From: an uncultured bacterium
GTDB taxonomy: Bacteria > Babelota > Babeliae > Babelales > Babelaceae
Length of the DNA stretch: 64,000 nucleotides
Direction of reading: 5' to 3'
Assembly: GCA_963848965.1 (NCBI GenBank)
Contig: CAWKFG010000004.1
Coordinates: 800,001 to 864,000, forward strand
Shown: one piece after another, positions 38,390-49,041 of the stretch
Layout of the letters: each line of letters opens with the position of its first letter
Numbering within the stretch: the first letter of the stretch is position 1
Made by a program: the position numbers and the translations under genes
Notes under the pieces: model-generated
Database searches by the model: none
What the model saw: only the letters and a program-made list of their open reading frames with translations
Told to the model about the DNA's origin: nothing

Positions 38390-40732
38390 ATGCTAAAATT
38401 TTTATTTTTAATTTGTTCTTTAGCAAGTACATTTCTTCATGGACTAGATTCAATTAACACGCTCCTTGCATTTACCCAAATTCATGAAGAATATCCAGAA
38501 GCAGATAATGATGATATTGCTAATCTTCACTATACCAACTTTTATAAAAAGAATGCTGCTACTTTTTGGACACGCTTTCTAGCACGGCTTGGCCTAGCTA
38601 CCTTTAACGTTCAACAATACTATCAAAATCTTAAAGACATAACCGAAAAAAGACTCAAAGACGCTTTGCGAAAGAGATATACTATTATTCTTAAAGTTCC
38701 TGCTAGTACTCAGTTTATAGTAATCAGTAATAGTCAAGGTGAAATACACTCTCTTGCTCGCATTCTTAATGCTCTCTACCAAAATAAGATCATTGATGAA
38801 AACTTTAAAATTCTAAGCAATGATCTTTACTTTATTTTTAATGGTAATATGACAACTAGCTCTCCTTATGCGTTAGAAAGCCTTAATGTTATTACAAATA
38901 TCTTGAGAGTAAATCCGAATAGAGCTTTCTTTATTAAAGGGGTTTATTCTGATAAAGAACGATGGAAAACAAGAGCTCTTGGTTATCAAGTAGATATTCA
39001 ACTTTCTTACTTTAAAGATGCCTCTTCTGTCATTAGAGAATTCTTTAACACCCTTCCATTAGGAGTATACATACTTTCAGAAGATCCAAATGAGCCCCCT
39101 ATTCGTATTTCACACTATGATCTTAATGCACAAGAATTTAATAACTTAGAATGCTCTCTCAAATCACCACACACAGCTCAGACGCAAGAAGGCATATGCT
39201 TAGTAGGAGAACCAACTGCTCCACCACAAGGACCGTTAACAGCTCTTATTACCGGAAAAGATGATAATGTTGACCTTAGTAATTCACATGGTCTCCTTTT
39301 CGTTCAACGAGAAAATCCGCCTACGTGGAAAGTTTTTTCAAGCCCTTCGCGTTTTTATAGACAAAAATTTGGCTTCATTTACGATGCTTTTGCGCTTATT
39401 ACAGTAGGAAAATCTGTTCAATCCAGTCTTATTAGTTTATTTAATGAAAATGTACTCCATCCTAGATTCAAACTTGAAAAGACATATGATATTGTTACAG
39501 GAAAATCCATCCTTGATCCTATTAAGTCCTCTACATGGGATTCTATTTTTCAAACTTTGCGTTCTATGGCTCTCAAACATTCTACTTCTTTGCCAGAACG
39601 AAAAGCTTCAATTCAGATACAAGATAAAGCTTTTTCACTCTTAAAAGGAACCGTAGAACTTGGTTCAACACTTGACCTTTCAGCTCGTATTAAAAATATA
39701 GGAATTGCAACGAAAAATGGGGTTTCACTTGCACTCAATAAAGTAAATAGAGAAGGTGGTATTAATGGTAAGCGATATTTCGTTGATTTTTTAAATGATC
39801 ACTACAACCCTTCTACCTCAAAAGCTAATATAGAGCAGCTTATAAAAAACAATGTTAAACTTATTCTTGCTCCTGCAGGCACTCCAACTATACTTAGATG
39901 GCTCGATTTAATTGAAAATAAAGAAGTCTTTGTGCTATTCCCAAATAGTGGCTCTCCACAACTAAGAAAACCGGATCTTACTCATATTGTTCACTTTAGG
40001 CAATCATACTTAAATGAAGGACAGGCACTTGCATATTATATGATAAAAAATGTAGATTCTAAAAAGTTTACCTTCTTTTACCAAGATGATGATTATGGTA
40101 AATCTGCTTTAGAAGGAGCTCGCCAAGTTCTTAAAAGAGAAGGGATAAAAGAGTGGACAGAAGTAGCCCATCCGCCAACTGCAGTTCAGGTAACTGAAGC
40201 AGCAAACATTATTAGAAAGAGTAATCCCGAAGCTATAGGATTTTTTTCAAATATTGCGCCTACTACGAATTGTATTAGAGACTTAGGTGGAGAGTTTTTA
40301 ACAGGTAAAAACCTTTTCGCTGTATCACCTTTAGGCGATAGATCATTTAAACAGTTTATCCAATCAATGGGACTAGAAGTCACCTTCTCTCAAGTAATAC
40401 CAGATCCACTAACTAGTATGATTGAAATAGTTAAAGAGTATAGACAAGAAGCAACAAAACAAGCACTTACACCAGATACCTATTCTCTGGAAGCGTATAT
40501 TGCTACTATAATAACTGCAGATTATTTAAGAAAGATTAAAGGGCCGATTACTCCTGATGCTCTTCTAAAACTTATAGAAAACACAAAGAATTATAACTTT
40601 AAAGGACTTACTCTTAATTTTAATCCAAAAACACATCAGCTTAATCAATATCTCTGGATAGAGCAACCGGATGGTAAATGGCTAGAACATGATATGGAAA
40701 AATTAACTACCTACTTAACAGAAAGCAAATAG
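38390..40732 (+). CDS. Secreted pseudo-phosphatase plus periplasmic binding domain fusion (B)
   Basis: Same architecture; NREGGINGK, NDHYNP, YQDDDYG. Confidence 0.8.
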   Translation: MLKFLFLICSLASTFLHGLDSINTLLAFTQIHEEYPEADNDDIANLHYTNFYKKNAATFWTRFLARLGLATFNVQQYYQNLKDITEKRLKDALRKRYTIILKVPASTQFIVISNSQGEIHSLARILNALYQNKIIDENFKILSNDLYFIFNGNMTTSSPYALESLNVITNILRVNPNRAFFIKGVYSDKERWKTRALGYQVDIQLSYFKDASSVIREFFNTLPLGVYILSEDPNEPPIRISHYDLNAQEFNNLECSLKSPHTAQTQEGICLVGEPTAPPQGPLTALITGKDDNVDLSNSHGLLFVQRENPPTWKVFSSPSRFYRQKFGFIYDAFALITVGKSVQSSLISLFNENVLHPRFKLEKTYDIVTGKSILDPIKSSTWDSIFQTLRSMALKHSTSLPERKASIQIQDKAFSLLKGTVELGSTLDLSARIKNIGIATKNGVSLALNKVNREGGINGKRYFVDFLNDHYNPSTSKANIEQLIKNNVKLILAPAGTPTILRWLDLIENKEVFVLFPNSGSPQLRKPDLTHIVHFRQSYLNEGQALAYYMIKNVDSKKFTFFYQDDDYGKSALEGARQVLKREGIKEWTEVAHPPTAVQVTEAANIIRKSNPEAIGFFSNIAPTTNCIRDLGGEFLTGKNLFAVSPLGDRSFKQFIQSMGLEVTFSQVIPDPLTSMIEIVKEYRQEATKQALTPDTYSLEAYIATIITADYLRKIKGPITPDALLKLIENTKNYNFKGLTLNFNPKTHQLNQYLWIEQPDGKWLEHDMEKLTTYLTESK

Positions 40733-40737
40733 TGCTT

Positions 40738-40763
40738 AAAGGTTCCCTTTCAAGGGAACCTTT
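40738..40763. terminator. Bidirectional terminator
   Basis: AAAGGTTCCCTT-tc-AAGGGAACCTTT between convergent genes. Confidence 0.85.
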
Positions 40764-40765
40764 TC

Positions 40766-41971
40766 TTATTCATAAATACTAGAAAGCTTAAGAATCTTCA
40801 TCTGAGTAATTTGCTTGCATACATGGCCAGCCTTATTTAAAATTTTAAGCGGTTGTTTTTCTTTATAGGCTCTTAAAAGCTCTTCAAAAGAGTGAATACC
40901 TTCAAAGAACTTAGAAATATGGATTGACTGGCTGATACCAAAGCCATGTGGATAGCCCCGAGCTTCAATAAGCTCATTATTTTTTAAATCTCCTACTACC
41001 ATAATATGAATGGGATACCAAATTAAATCGCCCTCTTCTAGAGTATCTGATTTACCTAATTCCCTTAAGTTATTTATAGCGGCAAATGTAGTTTTGCAGA
41101 AGTATGGCATACCACATACTTGAGCGGCACGTAAAATAAGAGTAGCACATTCAAATCCTGTATAGGGCTTAGCTCCTGGTCGATCCCACAAAGTCACTTT
41201 TTGCCCATTTTTTATATTCTCTTGTATTGTAAAGTTATCTGGCTCAACTAATGATATAAAACTACAACCGCCCCAAATGTAAGGAATTTTAGACGTAGTT
41301 GCAGTCCAAGCTTTCAAGATTTTGACAAAGGCATCTTTAGAATACGTAACGACGCTAACCTCTTTTGGTATCAACGCTATTTTAGCAGTGTAAGAAGCAA
41401 AATTAATCATTTTTATAGCATATGCTTTTGAAGTGTCATAACTAGGTACACGCACAAAGCGAGTTCCTGCTGAATACCATATGCCAGTTTCTTTATCTTG
41501 CCAAGGAAAGGCTAACGTCAAGATACCATCTAAAAGGATATATTTACTAAAATTTTCTGTATAAGGCGCAGGAACAGCATCTAAATTCCCTAGCTTATTC
41601 TTAAGGTCTTTAAGGTATAATATGTCTTTTTTTTGCATCCAAAATAGGTTCGATCTTTTTCCTTCTGCAGTATAATAATAATTGTTATTAATCAGACAAC
41701 AAATTTCATCTCCTCTTACTTCAACTACTTTAACAACTTCGTTAAACAAAGGTTGATATGCACGAAGACCAATTATTTTCCCATCTGCTTGAATTTCTAA
41801 AGCAGGTAACTCATACGAATCTCCGTGCCCTTTTATAACTTGCTCTTCAGCTGCATCTGTAACTGGTACAATTATAATAGCTTCAGTAGAAAGCTCATGT
41901 TGATCCCAATAACCTGCAGTTATACATGGAAAAACTAATGTTAAAGTAATAAAAAGTAGTTTTTTAGACAT
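40766..41971 (-). CDS. NlpC/P60-family protein (paralog of 8223..9464)
   Basis: Signal peptide, GYWD..ELS, WYSAGTRFV, PYIWGG, FECATL, GDLIW..IH. Confidence 0.8.
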   Translation of the reverse strand: MSKKLLFITLTLVFPCITAGYWDQHELSTEAIIIVPVTDAAEEQVIKGHGDSYELPALEIQADGKIIGLRAYQPLFNEVVKVVEVRGDEICCLINNNYYYTAEGKRSNLFWMQKKDILYLKDLKNKLGNLDAVPAPYTENFSKYILLDGILTLAFPWQDKETGIWYSAGTRFVRVPSYDTSKAYAIKMINFASYTAKIALIPKEVSVVTYSKDAFVKILKAWTATTSKIPYIWGGCSFISLVEPDNFTIQENIKNGQKVTLWDRPGAKPYTGFECATLILRAAQVCGMPYFCKTTFAAINNLRELGKSDTLEEGDLIWYPIHIMVVGDLKNNELIEARGYPHGFGISQSIHISKFFEGIHSFEELLRAYKEKQPLKILNKAGHVCKQITQMKILKLSSIYE

Positions 41972-42151
41972 TAAGACTCCGATATACTTTTTAATAAATT
42001 AAAACTATACACAAAAGTATATTAATTTTTGAAAGTTTTGACTAGACAGAAAGTGCATTTTTTACTATCATTATGATGATTCGTTAATTCCAATCAGAAT
42101 TTTAATACCAGATAAATATAAGTATAAATAAGATATATCTGAAAGCTATCA

Positions 42152-43471
42152 ATGAAAACAACTTTAAAAAGAACCATTCTTTTCTTTTTAATAAGCTTTT
42201 TAGCTTGTATAGCCACTATACGGTTGGAAAATAACCCAACCTTACTAGAAAAATTACATATCACCATGGTGAGTAATGACGATTGGATAAAAGAGCTCAA
42301 TGAAGCAGGTATCTTAACCCAACCTTGCAAAAAGCTCTCTATAGAGAAGAAACAATACGATATACCTTTATTTAAGCATTATCCTCAACTGCTAGGAAAA
42401 TTACCCTATATCTCTCTAGGTAATCTTCCTACACCAATTATGAAACTTGAAAACTTGTCTTCAAAACCAGGTTATCCTATCATTTACGTAAAAAGAGATG
42501 ACCTTACAGGTACCTCACAAGAATATGGAGGCAATAAGGTAAGAAAACTTGAACCTCTCTTTGGTGAAGCCTTAATGCATGGTGCTACCGAGATTATTAC
42601 CTTAGGATGGGCAGGATCTAATAGTGCAGTTGCTACATCTGCATATGCAAAAAAGCTGGGCTTAAAATGTACTTGTATGCTAAAACCTCAAGATAATTCA
42701 TCTCTTTTACAAAAGAACTTATTACTTCATACCCATTATGGAACAGAGCTCCACTATTATCCTGACAATAATTGGCGCAAACTTGGTACCATTACCTTAT
42801 GGCATAATAGAAAACAGGTAACTGGAAGGTATCCGTATATTATTCCCACTGGTGGTTCTAATGCATTAGGTACTATAGGCTTTGTAAATGCTGCTCTAGA
42901 GCTTAAAAAGCAGATTTTAGACGGGCAAATGCCTGAGCCAGACCGCATTTATGTAGCATGTGCAGGAATGGCTACTAGTGTAGGACTAATCCTTGGATGT
43001 AAGCTTGCTCAACTAAAAACACAGGTAATTCCAGTAATAGTAGGGCCGGAAGAAACTCCTGGTCAATACAAAACAGGAATTAAAAAGCTCTTTGATGAAG
43101 CACTTGCTCTTCTTCGTAGCTATGATCCATCAATACCTTTTCTACAAGTTCCAGAAGATATAGCAATTAATTATGATTTTAGTGGCCCAAAATATGGTAT
43201 ATTTACTTTACAAGGTATGAACGCTCAAAAACTAGCACAAGAGCTAGAAAACCTTAACTTAGATGGTATCTATACAGCAAAAGCATTTGCAGCTCTTTTA
43301 GATGATATAAAGAATAAGAAAATTACAACAGATGAGATAGTTCTTTTTTGGAATACTTACTGCGGTCTTGATTTTTCAAAGCTTACTGATTCTCTCAATT
43401 ACTCTCAATTACCTTCAAGCTTTCATCACTACTTCCAGACAGAATTGCAACCTTTAGAAAGATCACTATAA
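42152..43471 (+). CDS. PLP-dependent D-cysteine desulfhydrase/ACC deaminase family protein
   Basis: LPTPI, KRDDL, YGGNKVRKLE, IPTGGSN, LDGIYTAKA. Confidence 0.88.
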   Translation: MKTTLKRTILFFLISFLACIATIRLENNPTLLEKLHITMVSNDDWIKELNEAGILTQPCKKLSIEKKQYDIPLFKHYPQLLGKLPYISLGNLPTPIMKLENLSSKPGYPIIYVKRDDLTGTSQEYGGNKVRKLEPLFGEALMHGATEIITLGWAGSNSAVATSAYAKKLGLKCTCMLKPQDNSSLLQKNLLLHTHYGTELHYYPDNNWRKLGTITLWHNRKQVTGRYPYIIPTGGSNALGTIGFVNAALELKKQILDGQMPEPDRIYVACAGMATSVGLILGCKLAQLKTQVIPVIVGPEETPGQYKTGIKKLFDEALALLRSYDPSIPFLQVPEDIAINYDFSGPKYGIFTLQGMNAQKLAQELENLNLDGIYTAKAFAALLDDIKNKKITTDEIVLFWNTYCGLDFSKLTDSLNYSQLPSSFHHYFQTELQPLERSL

Positions 43472-43805
43472 AAGAAGGCTGTCTAATAACCATTTTTCTG
43501 CACAACACCAGTTCAAGCTAAGAACTATAGATAGCATGAACTTTGGGCTTAAAAGTTAGGCAGTAAGAATATGTCCACTTATTTTAGTCTATTTTTGGAA
43601 CGGGATATCTATAGATAAAAACAGCCCAAGAAGAAAGAAGTATATACCTTATCCTCCTTCAGTTGCTGTCTATTATAATCTACAATAATCGTATTTTATC
43701 GTAAAAAACAGCACTTTTTAATCATCAAACACAATCTCTTGAAGATCGAATAATCACCATGCTACAATTCAATTACAAAAGTATTCTATTTATAAGAGGA
43801 ATTAT

Positions 43806-44207
43806 ATGAAAATCTTATTTTTGCTTATCACTCTTGTAACAATAAACACATATTCAACAATACCTCAAGAAGAGAGCTCATCTCTTCCAAACAAAAGACC
43901 CACAACAGTTCGAGTAAATAGAATTTATCACCTATTTAAATCTATAGGGAGTTTGTCAAGTGTCTTTCTCTGTCTCGTAGCAAGTCGCTATATATACATA
44001 AGGCTAGCTAGTGATTTTGATTTACCTAATAATGCTCGAATTGGTGAAACTCTTTTATACAGACTCTACTTTTGTGGTGGTATATTCGCTATCATCGGTC
44101 TAGCCGATACAGCATACTATAAGTGGCAAACCTTTACTGAATCTCTACAAAAATGCTTAGATGGTCACTATGAACAAATTTGCAACCATGTAAACTATAC
44201 TAGCTAG
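43806..44207 (+). CDS. Hypothetical membrane protein
   Basis: GAGGA RBS; signal peptide and two hydrophobic segments. Confidence 0.6.
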   Translation: MKILFLLITLVTINTYSTIPQEESSSLPNKRPTTVRVNRIYHLFKSIGSLSSVFLCLVASRYIYIRLASDFDLPNNARIGETLLYRLYFCGGIFAIIGLADTAYYKWQTFTESLQKCLDGHYEQICNHVNYTS

Positions 44208-44220
44208 TAGTTATTTTTGT

Positions 44221-44571
44221 TTAAGTAGAAGAAGCTTTCTCATCTTGAACTTCAGCAGACTGGCTAGAGCTATTTTCCTTTGCTTTACTTTCATCTTCTT
44301 CTTTTAATAACCCTAAAACTCGAAAGACTCCAAGAATTCTCTCTTCATCTTTTTTTTGTTCTTTTCGCATATAGGCAGCATCTGCCTCTGCAATTTTATA
44401 ACTTGTCTCGTTAAAATCCGTCCACATATCCTTTGCCACTGCCCACCAAGTACTTAAAAAAGAGCTTTCTTCTGTAGCTTGCTCTTTCGCTGCCATAGCT
44501 TTGCTCTCATAAACCCCAAAAGTACCTACGAAGAAAACAGAAGTTAATAAGAAGATATTAATCTTTACCAT
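44221..44571 (-). CDS. Hypothetical secreted protein
   Basis: GGAG RBS; signal peptide ending AMA; charged mature region. Confidence 0.65.
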   Translation of the reverse strand: MVKINIFLLTSVFFVGTFGVYESKAMAAKEQATEESSFLSTWWAVAKDMWTDFNETSYKIAEADAAYMRKEQKKDEERILGVFRVLGLLKEEDESKAKENSSSQSAEVQDEKASST

Positions 44572-44664
44572 TTAGCACTCCTTTGACTAAGGCCAAACAA
44601 ACACTGTCTATTTTTCAGAATAATTCAAAAACGGTAAAATTTCAATTTTTAACAATAAAATTTT
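44552..44664. repeat. Duplicated upstream/start block, copy 1
   Basis: Similar to 55566..55678 (AAGATATTAATCTTTACCATT...CAGAATAATTCAAA...AATAAAATTTT). Confidence 0.85.
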
Positions 44665-44724
44665 GCTGGTTCAAAGTTATACGGTAACTGTAAGGTATAT
44701 TTTATTACTATCTTTAGGTGTCTC

Positions 44725-45072
44725 ATGAAATACTTTCTATACATTAGATTACTATTATTTAGTTTTTATAGCACTGTTCAGTGTATTATTGAGTCAATTG
44801 ATACACTTAAAAGCAGAAACGTCGGTCCCTATGTTTATCTTTATACTGATAGACATAGAGACGATCTTCCAGAATTAGATGAGCAAGAGCTTCATGCGCT
44901 TAAACATTTTTTAGAAATACACGCTTGCAGAGGAGAAATAATTCACGTCTGCATCGAAGTTACCATTCCGCTTACAAAAGCAAATACAGCTTTGCTCACA
45001 CGAGATATTTTAAAAGAAGAGTATTTTAGGACACCTTTATTATGTGGTAATGGCTTTAAGTGGTTGAAGTAA
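44725..45072 (+). pseudogene. Truncated member of the DxH/GxxH family
   Basis: Signal peptide, VYLYTDRH, IHVCIE; runs into the convergent gene and lacks the C-terminal GxxH part. Confidence 0.55.
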
Positions 45073-46257
45073 TTTTATCTTCAGCTCAAAATTCTTAATA
45101 AGGCTATCAAGCATCGTATGTATCTCTTTTAACCGAGTAAAATCTGATGAGACTTTTGTAAGAGCAGTTCCATATTTTATATTACGTAATAAGCTCAAAG
45201 TAAATAAGCTTGCAGCAGATGCTATCACATAGTATTGTAATTTTCGCTGAGTATCTTTCTCTATAAATGAAGCCACAGTAAAACTTATAATTATCCAGCC
45301 AATAAGACTAGGTATATAAAACCCATAATATGCCAAATCTCCCTTATTCTTATGACATAATTCTTTCAGCGTTTCCCACAATATAATGTACCACCCTATT
45401 TCTTTATTTAAATATGGCCCAATTAAACCTTCTACAGTACATTTTAAGCAGTTTAATATTTCAATAGCTGCCATATATAATAACTTTTTATGAGTAACCT
45501 CAGTAGAAGTATAAAGTGACTCAATAAAATTAAAGTTCTTTATATATTCTTCAAGCGCAATTCTAAAAGCCTTACTATCATAATCCCATATAGCATCTTG
45601 TAATGAACTAAAATCTTTATAAGGACGTCTAAGAATATTATCATCACTACTACCATACTTCACTGTTTTATAAAATCTATTTACACCCTTTAATACTTTT
45701 TCCTCAGGAACTCTTATTAGTCTCCCGTTAAAATTTGTAATTTCCTTTTTTGCGGTAACTGCTCCAGGGGTAATATGACGAATGATATAATCCTTAAAGA
45801 CTCTCATATTGCGATCTTTATTAGGTAAGTAATCCATAATTTCTCGCCATGCTGCAGCATATCGAGGAGTAAGCAAAACGTTAGGACAAAAATTATGTAA
45901 AGCAGAAACGACATCTACAAAATCCTTATCAGCACGTGCATGCATTAATACTTCTCCAAGATCTCTATTCTTTCTTGGTATTTTATTCTGCATTATAAAA
46001 GATTTGAGCTCTGGCTGAGAAGAAAGCACGTTTGAAAGAGCCTTTCTTCCTTCTTTGCTTAAAGCTGTATAAACATTCTCAATAAATTTCTGATCTAAAG
46101 CAGGAACCTGTGCATGCCCCTCCAATTGTAATAGCCCCTCTTCTAATCTGCAATCTTCTAAAAGTGGTTTTTTATAGTCATTCATCTCCATAGATCTAAT
46201 TGGCAAAACCACTGCTATGGCAAAAAATACAAATAATGTAGTTAACGAAAATCTCAT
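45040..46257 (-). CDS. Hypothetical secreted/membrane protein
   Basis: Signal peptide ending SME; two C-terminal hydrophobic helices. Confidence 0.7.
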   Translation of the reverse strand: MRFSLTTLFVFFAIAVVLPIRSMEMNDYKKPLLEDCRLEEGLLQLEGHAQVPALDQKFIENVYTALSKEGRKALSNVLSSQPELKSFIMQNKIPRKNRDLGEVLMHARADKDFVDVVSALHNFCPNVLLTPRYAAAWREIMDYLPNKDRNMRVFKDYIIRHITPGAVTAKKEITNFNGRLIRVPEEKVLKGVNRFYKTVKYGSSDDNILRRPYKDFSSLQDAIWDYDSKAFRIALEEYIKNFNFIESLYTSTEVTHKKLLYMAAIEILNCLKCTVEGLIGPYLNKEIGWYIILWETLKELCHKNKGDLAYYGFYIPSLIGWIIISFTVASFIEKDTQRKLQYYVIASAASLFTLSLLRNIKYGTALTKVSSDFTRLKEIHTMLDSLIKNFELKIKLLQPLKAITT

Positions 46258-46537
46258 TATTTTCTCCTACTAGTAATATATATTATCAGTTATCAACAAC
46301 AAACTATGAATAAATACTAGCAAAAAACATTTATTATGGCAATATAAAATACACAATTAGCATATACAACACTACTGTACCATTTATAGATGTTAGCTAT
46401 TAACCTACAAATTCTTAGATCATTCCCTTTACAATTTTGTTCATAGCTCAGTATACTTGCATATATGTTAAGAAACAAACCTTTCTTTATAATTAGCTAT
46501 TAATTAAAGCTCTGGTTATCGATAAAGGAAAAAATAG

Positions 46538-48904
46538 ATGCTCAAGCTTTTATTTTTCATTTTTTTTCTAATTACGGCGCCTCTTCGTGGATTAGATTCA
46601 ATTGATAATCTTCTTACGTTTACTCAAACTCATGATGAATATCCAGAAGCGGATAATGATAATATTGCTAATCTTCGCTATACCAACTTTTACAAAAAGA
46701 GTATTCCTACTTTTTGGAAACGCTTTCTAGCAAGATTAGGTCTCGCTACCTTTGACGCTCAACAATACTATCTCAATCTAAAAGAAATAACCGAAAAAAG
46801 ACTTAAAGAAGGTTTACGAAAGAGGCATACTCGTGTTCTTAAAGTTCCTGCTGGTACACAGTTTTTAATTATTAGCAATACTCAAGGTGACTTACATTCA
46901 CTTACCCGTATATTTAATGCACTATACCAAAATCATATTATAGACCAGAACTTTAAAATCTTAAGCACTAATCTTTACCTTATTTTTAACGGTAATATGA
47001 CTACAAGCTCTCCTTATGCTTTAGAAAGTCTTAACGTTATTATAAACATTCTAAAAGCAAATCCGGGACATGCTTTCTTCATTAAAGGTACTTACTCAGA
47101 TAAGGAGCAATGGAAAACAAGAGCACTCGGCTATCAAGTAGATATTCGGCTCTCTTACTTTAAAGATGCTCCCTCTGTTACTAGAGAATTCTTTAACACT
47201 CTCCCTTTAGGAATATACATACTTTCAGAAGATCCTAATGAGCCTCCTATTCGTATATCTCACTATGATCTAAGTGCACAAGAATTCAATAATCTGGAAT
47301 GTTCTCTTAAATCACCGCATACATCTCAAATTCAAGAAGGCATATGTTTAGTGGGAGAGCCAACTGCACCACCTCAAGGACCGCTAACCGCTCTTATTGC
47401 CGGAAAAGATGATAACGTTGATCTTAGTAATTCTCGTGGCCTTCTCTTTGTTCAACGAGAAAATCCGCCTACTTGGAAAGTCTTTTCTAGCCCCTCTCGA
47501 TATTATAGACAAAAATTTGGCTTTATTTACGATGCTTTTGGGCTTCTTACTATAGGCAAATCTGTTAAATCTAGCTTTATCAGTCTATTTAATGAAAATG
47601 TGCTTCACCCTGGTTTTAAGCTTGCAAAAACGTACAGCATCGTTACAGGGAAACCTTTAACAGTTCCTCAAATTAAAGGCTCTAAAAATTGGCAAAATCT
47701 TTTTCAAAAGCTCAGCTCGTTAGCAAAAGACACCAATCTAAAGCAGTTCCAACATAAGCAAGTTTTAACCAAGACAACCGATAGCCATCCTCAAAAAACT
47801 ACAAAAGGAATCGTAGAGTTAGGCTCTAGCGTAGACCTTTCAAGAAGCTTAAAAAACTTAGGTCGTGATATCCGCATAGGAATTTCACTTGCTTTAAATG
47901 GAATAAACCAATCAGGAGGGATAAATGGTAAATCCTATCAAGTTACTATACTTGATGATCAATATACTCCATTGCTTACTAGAAAAAACGTAGATTATTT
48001 CTTAAAGAAAGGCATAAGCTTAATCCTTATTCCTACAGGAAGTCCTACTCTGGAAGCGTGTTTAGATTTAATTAAAAACAGAAAGATCCTTGTTCTATTT
48101 CCAACAACTGGAGCTGATCTCTTTAGAAAACCTGAGTTAGAATATATTGTACATTTTAGGAAATCTAATAGAATTCAAGCGAAAATAGTAGTTGAACACT
48201 TAGTAAAACAATCTACGTCACTAAAAAAGTTTGCTTTTTTCTACCAAAACGATCTTCATGGCAACGAATCACTAAAAGGGGCTTTAGAATCTCTTAAAAA
48301 GGCTAGAATAAAAAATTGGGTTTTAGTCCCTTACACTTCAAATACATTATTAAAAATACCGGAAGCAGCAGAAACTATAAGAAAAGCTAATCCCGACGCT
48401 ATCGGTCTCTTTTCGACGCTTCCTCCAGCCATAGAACTTTTACGGCAATTAGGCGGTGAATTTTTAGAACCTAAAATGATTTTTACTAATTCAACATTAG
48501 GAGAAAAGTCTTTCCGTGAATTTTTAGATTCGTTAGGATTAAAAGCTACCATAGCGCAAGTAACTCCTAACCCGCAAACAAGTTCCCTAGAAATAGTTAA
48601 AGAATATAGAAATGAGATAGTAAAAAAAGGTTTTAAAACAGACCCTTATTCTCTCGAAGGTTATATAGCAACTCAGTTAACTGCAGATTTTCTTAAGAAA
48701 ATATCTGGGCCTATTACAAAGCCTTCACTCTTAAAACTAATTAAAAGTTTAAAAAACTATAACTTTAAAGGATTAAATTTAAACTTTAACCCAAAAACGC
48801 ATGAAATTGCAGACTACCTTTGGATAGAAGAGCCAACAGGACAATGGATAGAATATAAAATTAAAGATGATGAAGGCAATGTTGTTTCTCAAAAGTCTAT
48901 ATGA
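46538..48904 (+). CDS. Secreted pseudo-phosphatase plus periplasmic binding domain fusion (C)
   Basis: N-terminal half very similar to B; divergent binding domain. Confidence 0.8.
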   Translation: MLKLLFFIFFLITAPLRGLDSIDNLLTFTQTHDEYPEADNDNIANLRYTNFYKKSIPTFWKRFLARLGLATFDAQQYYLNLKEITEKRLKEGLRKRHTRVLKVPAGTQFLIISNTQGDLHSLTRIFNALYQNHIIDQNFKILSTNLYLIFNGNMTTSSPYALESLNVIINILKANPGHAFFIKGTYSDKEQWKTRALGYQVDIRLSYFKDAPSVTREFFNTLPLGIYILSEDPNEPPIRISHYDLSAQEFNNLECSLKSPHTSQIQEGICLVGEPTAPPQGPLTALIAGKDDNVDLSNSRGLLFVQRENPPTWKVFSSPSRYYRQKFGFIYDAFGLLTIGKSVKSSFISLFNENVLHPGFKLAKTYSIVTGKPLTVPQIKGSKNWQNLFQKLSSLAKDTNLKQFQHKQVLTKTTDSHPQKTTKGIVELGSSVDLSRSLKNLGRDIRIGISLALNGINQSGGINGKSYQVTILDDQYTPLLTRKNVDYFLKKGISLILIPTGSPTLEACLDLIKNRKILVLFPTTGADLFRKPELEYIVHFRKSNRIQAKIVVEHLVKQSTSLKKFAFFYQNDLHGNESLKGALESLKKARIKNWVLVPYTSNTLLKIPEAAETIRKANPDAIGLFSTLPPAIELLRQLGGEFLEPKMIFTNSTLGEKSFREFLDSLGLKATIAQVTPNPQTSSLEIVKEYRNEIVKKGFKTDPYSLEGYIATQLTADFLKKISGPITKPSLLKLIKSLKNYNFKGLNLNFNPKTHEIADYLWIEEPTGQWIEYKIKDDEGNVVSQKSI

Positions 48905-49041
48905 TATTTTATAAAACTATTTAACTTCCTAATCTTATAAGTACTCTATCTAAAATATTTTTATTAATGCTTGCAATAAATATCGCTTATGTTATTTTGA
49001 AAATTATAATAATTAAAGAACAAATCTAATTAGAGTAAACC

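Noticed and set aside
43476..43627. Possible MITE bounded by GGCTGT...ACAGCC
   Set aside because: The inverted repeat is very short, with no clear target duplication and no second copy in the window
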